Shown here in pieces: positions 60,103 to 64,000 of a stretch of 64,000 bases of DNA. A program made the position numbers and the translations under genes. Source of the DNA: an uncultured Desulfarculus sp. (GTDB taxonomy: Bacteria; Desulfobacterota; Desulfarculia; Desulfarculales; Desulfarculaceae); the NCBI GenBank assembly GCA_963665125.2, contig CAXXUK010000002.1:960001-1024000 (forward strand). Reading direction: 5' to 3'. Within the stretch, counting starts at the first letter, position 1. Every line of letters begins with the position of its first letter. Under the pieces are notes generated by a model that searched no databases, was not told where the DNA came from, and was given only the letters and a program-made list of their open reading frames with translations.

Positions 60103-60218
60103 AGGATATCACAGATTGCCACACCCAAAATACCCAGGCAAGGGCCGAGGCTTGACCTTGGCCATTCATGCGGATAGATTTTAATTATAAACATGCAATT
60201 CATCGTTGGAGAATCGCC

Positions 60219-61052
60219 TTGGACCCCAAAACCCTGACAGAGGTCCTGGACCTGCTAAGTATGCCCCAGGCCTTCAGCCGCAACCAAAACCTCGCAAGAT
60301 TCAGCGGGGACGCGGGAAAACGCGTTTGGCGGCTGTACAGGGTTTATCTTTCCCTGCTGCGCGACCTGGAAAGGGCCGTCGGCGAGCCGGAGACAATGGT
60401 TTCGGCCCGCGGCAACGGCAAGGGCAACGGCCTGCGCATCGAGATGGCCAACCACAAGCTGCACTGGCGGCGGATCAACGTTGTGCCCCAGGCTCTTGTC
60501 CCGCTTTTTCGGGAGCGCCTGGGACGGCCTTTGCCTGGTGGAAAACCTGTGAGCGTCCCATCCCTGGTCGATGAAATTCTGGAAGTCGTCGACGAAAACG
60601 ACAACGTGGTGGGAACGGCCCGCCGGGGCGACATCCACGCCCAGGGCCTATTGCACCGGGCGGCCCATGTGCTGGTGTTCGACCAACGCGGTCGCCTGTA
60701 CCTGCAAAAACGCTCCATGAACAAAGACACCCATCCCGGCAAGTGGACCACCTCGGCCAGCGGCCATGTGGACCCTGGAGAGGACTACCAGAGCGCCGCC
60801 AGGCGGGAACTGGCCGAGGAACTGGGCCTGGAACTGGATATCGATTTTGTAGGCCTGATCAAAGCCTGCCCAGGCACCGAAGGGGAGTTCACGACCGTGT
60901 ACAGGGCCGTGACAAACAAAGAGCCACGGCCCAATCCCGAGGAAATAAGCCGTGGCGAGTTTTTCGAATTGAGTGAGGCGCGGCGCCTGGCCGCTGACAA
61001 GACCAAGGCCGCGCCGTGTCTGGAATTGGTTATTAAACTGCTGCCGGTTTGA
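60219..61052 (+). CDS. NUDIX hydrolase (IDI-like) with unknown N-terminal domain
   Basis: LHRAAHV, SASGHVDPGEDYQSAARRELAEELG. Confidence 0.8.
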   Translation: MDPKTLTEVLDLLSMPQAFSRNQNLARFSGDAGKRVWRLYRVYLSLLRDLERAVGEPETMVSARGNGKGNGLRIEMANHKLHWRRINVVPQALVPLFRERLGRPLPGGKPVSVPSLVDEILEVVDENDNVVGTARRGDIHAQGLLHRAAHVLVFDQRGRLYLQKRSMNKDTHPGKWTTSASGHVDPGEDYQSAARRELAEELGLELDIDFVGLIKACPGTEGEFTTVYRAVTNKEPRPNPEEISRGEFFELSEARRLAADKTKAAPCLELVIKLLPV

Positions 61053-61815
61053 TTCCGGCCATGAACCGGGAAATGGCTTCGGTGACCGCCTCAGGCTGCT
61101 CCACGGAGGCCATGTGGCCGGCGTCTTCTACGATCGCCAACTGGCAATCGGGCAGCTTGTCCACCAGGAATTGGCTGTATTTCAGCGGTGTCAGGCGGTC
61201 GTCGGCGCCCACCAAGGCCAGGGCGGGGAGCTTGATTTCACCCAGCCGGGGAATCACGTCGAAATTGTCGCAGGCCGTGAAGTCGCCGATGGGCACCTCC
61301 GGCGGCACCTGGAGCATCCTGTCAATGCCCTGCTGGACCAGCTTTCGGTCGGTTTTATCGGAATATGAAAAAGCCAGGCCGTTTTTGGTGTGGGCCACGT
61401 AATCTTCTTTCATGCCGCTGAGTATCTCCGGCATTACGCGCAGGCGGGCTCCGCTGCCCAGGCAGATCAGGCCGCTGATCAAATCCGGGCGGTCCAGGGC
61501 GATCTGCAGGGCGATGGCGCCGCCCAGGGAGTGGCCCAACACCACCGGCCGCACGGGACCGGCTTCCAGGAACGTGGCCAACCAGGCGGTGTAGGCGGGT
61601 ACGCGGTCCATGGAAGGGCCCGGGGTGTCCCCGTGGCCGGGCAGGTCGATGGCCGCGGCGTTGACCCTGCCCTCCAGGCCGTTAACCTGCATGCGGAACA
61701 GTTCCTTGTAACCGCCCGAACCGTGAATCATCAGCAGGCTGGGCAGTTGAGGGTCAAATGGTTTGCGGCAGTGGATCAGACCGGCGTTGACTTTGGATGT
61801 GTGTTGATCCCACAT
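61033..61815 (-). CDS. Alpha/beta hydrolase
   Basis: DLPGHG, GHSLGG, AGHM. Confidence 0.9.
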   Translation of the reverse strand: MWDQHTSKVNAGLIHCRKPFDPQLPSLLMIHGSGGYKELFRMQVNGLEGRVNAAAIDLPGHGDTPGPSMDRVPAYTAWLATFLEAGPVRPVVLGHSLGGAIALQIALDRPDLISGLICLGSGARLRVMPEILSGMKEDYVAHTKNGLAFSYSDKTDRKLVQQGIDRMLQVPPEVPIGDFTACDNFDVIPRLGEIKLPALALVGADDRLTPLKYSQFLVDKLPDCQLAIVEDAGHMASVEQPEAVTEAISRFMAGIKPAAV

Positions 61816-61996
61816 ATCGGCTCCCGAGGTTGATTAGTTTCACAATCGGATATACAGTTTCAATAGCTTAACATATTGCCTGCCCCGGCCGTCAGGCCAA
61901 AAGGCCGTGTTTGGAAAACGGCCGTTTTTGCCATGCGCGGCAAAAAAGAACCACACTGAACAGGTAAAAAGGCGCACTGTTGTTGGATTGGGCAAA

Positions 61997-62683
61997 ATGA
62001 CACAACAAGCAAACACGGACAAATCTAAGGACAGGAGCAGGCGGGACCCGGCCGCGACCCGTGAAAAAATCCTTGCCGCCGCTGAAAAACTTTTCAGCCG
62101 CAAGGGGTACGCCGGCGTCTCCATGAGCGAAATAGCCGCCAAAGGCAAGGTGACCCAGAGCCTGATTCACCACTATTTCGGATCAAAGGAAGGCCTGTTC
62201 CTGGAGGTCATGCGGCGTCACCTGGTGCGGGTGGGCAAGTACGGCATAAAGCACCTGGAAGCCTCATTGGCCGGTGGTGACTTCGTGGAAAAGGGGCTGG
62301 CCGAATATTTCCACATGCTCGGCGAAGATCCGCTGCTGGTGCGCATGGGCGCCTGGTTCACCATGTTCTTTTTGGAAAACCCGAACTCCGTGCGGGAGAT
62401 CGAAAGCGGCGATCCGGAAGAGGACGCCCATCAAAAATATGTGTTCGATATGTGCAAGCGCATGGTCGAGGCCATGAGCGGGATGCAGAAAAAAGGAGCC
62501 CTGCGCGACGACATTGATCCCGCCGCTTTGCTGATGGTCATGTTCTCGGCCATCGAACACTGGCACGCGGCCAAAAACCGCCTGCTGCGCCGTTTGCCCG
62601 CCGAGATGGTCGCCCACCTGGACGACGAAACCTACCTCGACACAATGACCAAGGTTTTCATCATGGGTTCCAAGCCCCGCTAA
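61997..62683 (+). CDS. TetR/AcrR regulator
   Basis: ILAAAEKLFSRKGY...LIHHYFGSKEGLF. Confidence 0.93.
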   Translation: MTQQANTDKSKDRSRRDPAATREKILAAAEKLFSRKGYAGVSMSEIAAKGKVTQSLIHHYFGSKEGLFLEVMRRHLVRVGKYGIKHLEASLAGGDFVEKGLAEYFHMLGEDPLLVRMGAWFTMFFLENPNSVREIESGDPEEDAHQKYVFDMCKRMVEAMSGMQKKGALRDDIDPAALLMVMFSAIEHWHAAKNRLLRRLPAEMVAHLDDETYLDTMTKVFIMGSKPR

Positions 62684-62909
62684 TGCGAATTGGGCATCCG
62701 GTGCGCCGCAGCCGAAAAAAATAATCACGGCTTCGTCCGTTTATTGCGCCCAAGGCGATTAAAAATTGTAATAATTTTGTAGTTGTCCAGAAAACCATGC
62801 GGCACGGCGATTCCGGGGGGATGCCGCACCTGTCCGTGAGCCTCTTTCTCCCCAGGAATTCGATGCGCGGTAATGTGCTTCATTTTTTACCTTACACGGG
62901 AGCATCCTG

Positions 62910-63332
62910 ATGAAAGTAAAAAGCGTGTTGTTGTCCGCCGGTCTTTTACTCTTGGCGATTGTCTTGTCGGGGCTTGCCGGAACGGCTCATGCCGAGTCAT
63001 GCGACGGCTGCACGGTAAAGATCAAGAACATCGTAGAGTACAATGTCTACATAACCTTGGACTATTCTCCCAGCGGCAGCGAGACCAAGGGGCCACTGGG
63101 CCAATACCAAACAGTTACATTCAGCGTGCCCGCCGGTAAATGTCCTTTGCGGCTGCGGGGGTGGGTGGATGTAAGCGGCACTCGATACAACATAGCGGGC
63201 CGTTGTCTTGGCTGTGCCAACCAGGGGGAAAACGAAATCAATCCCGATTGCAGTCAGCCGCTGTGCGACAGCGCGGCATATTGCGTCAGCGGTTCGAAGC
63301 GAACCGGATTCAGATTCAGCGGCTATTTTTAA
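62910..63332 (+). CDS. Secreted Cys-rich small protein
   Basis: Signal peptide ending AHA; eight Cys in mature part. Confidence 0.75.
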   Translation: MKVKSVLLSAGLLLLAIVLSGLAGTAHAESCDGCTVKIKNIVEYNVYITLDYSPSGSETKGPLGQYQTVTFSVPAGKCPLRLRGWVDVSGTRYNIAGRCLGCANQGENEINPDCSQPLCDSAAYCVSGSKRTGFRFSGYF

Positions 63333-63436
63333 TAACGGGCTATCCCGCTTTTGCAACTCCGCCGATGCGAAAAAAAACCGGGCGGCGCCTTTGCAAGCGC
63401 CGCCCGGTTTATTAGGCAATTTGTCCTATCGACGAA

Positions 63437-64000
63437 TTAACCCAGCTTCTTGACCTCTTCGGTCAGAGCGGGGACTACGTCGAACAGGTCGCCCACCACG
63501 CAGTAGTCGGCCTTGCCGTGGATGGGGGCGTCGGGGTCTTTGTTGATGGCAACGATGACCTTGGACGAGCCCATGCCGGCCAGGTGCTGGATGGCGCCGC
63601 TGATGCCGCAGGCGATGTACAGGTTGGGGGTGACGACCTTGCCGGTCTGGCCAACCTGGTCGGTATGATGACGCCAACCGGCGTCCACGGCGGAGCGGGA
63701 AGCGCCGACAGCCGCGCCGAGCAGGTCTGCCAGGTCTTCCAGGATCTTGAAGTTTTCGCCGTCTTTCATGCCGCGGCCACCGGAAACGATGACGTTGGCC
63801 TCGGTGAGGTCGATCTTGCCGCCTTCTTCAACCAGAGCCTCGACAACCTTGGTCTTGACCTCGCCGGGATCGGCGCTGATGGTCTCGACAGCAGCTTCGC
63901 CGCCGACTTCGACAACGTCAAAGACGTTGGGGCGCAGGCTGGCGATGGCCGGGCTGGCGTTGATGACGATGTCGGCGAAAACTTTACCGGCATAGATCGG
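63437..64000 (-). CDS. etfA: Electron transfer flavoprotein alpha subunit (5' partial)
   Basis: [35 protein letters not shown]. Confidence 0.96.
   Translation of the reverse strand, partial: PIYAGKVFADIVINASPAIASLRPNVFDVVEVGGEAAVETISADPGEVKTKVVEALVEEGGKIDLTEANVIVSGGRGMKDGENFKILEDLADLLGAAVGASRSAVDAGWRHHTDQVGQTGKVVTPNLYIACGISGAIQHLAGMGSSKVIVAINKDPDAPIHGKADYCVVGDLFDVVPALTEEVKKLG

Overview
GC-rich bacterial chromosome segment; the gene set suggests a deltaproteobacterial/Desulfobacterota host (inference). 1-9970 is the distal spc and alpha ribosomal-protein operons (rplN to rplQ, with secY, adk, map, rpoA), followed by housekeeping genes including moaA. A ~32.3-kb integrative, probably mobilizable element sits in tRNA-Ala(GGC), bounded by a 45-bp direct repeat (14256-14300 and 46555-46599). 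It carries a tyrosine integrase, excisionase, VirD4-like coupling protein, MobC plus relaxase with a candidate oriT, a second XerD-like recombinase, a TOPRIM primase, two toxin-antitoxin pairs and candidate defence genes (DGQHR + HEPN-like; HTH-NUDIX + orphan kinase). It also has a leading-region-like array of small genes separated by related hairpins. The most striking part is a co-oriented cluster (pilin-like, VirB6-like, conserved membrane protein) that resembles Patescibacteria (CPR) surface/T4SS genes and has SD-less starts; its VirB6-like gene is split by an IS3 element with a 3-bp target duplication. A decayed second island remnant with IS3 elements follows (46600-48464). The rest is ordinary chromosome: radC, pyrF, c-di-GMP-I riboswitch + cheX, tatA, two tRNA-Ser, etfA. 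All family assignments come from motif recognition by eye, not database searches.
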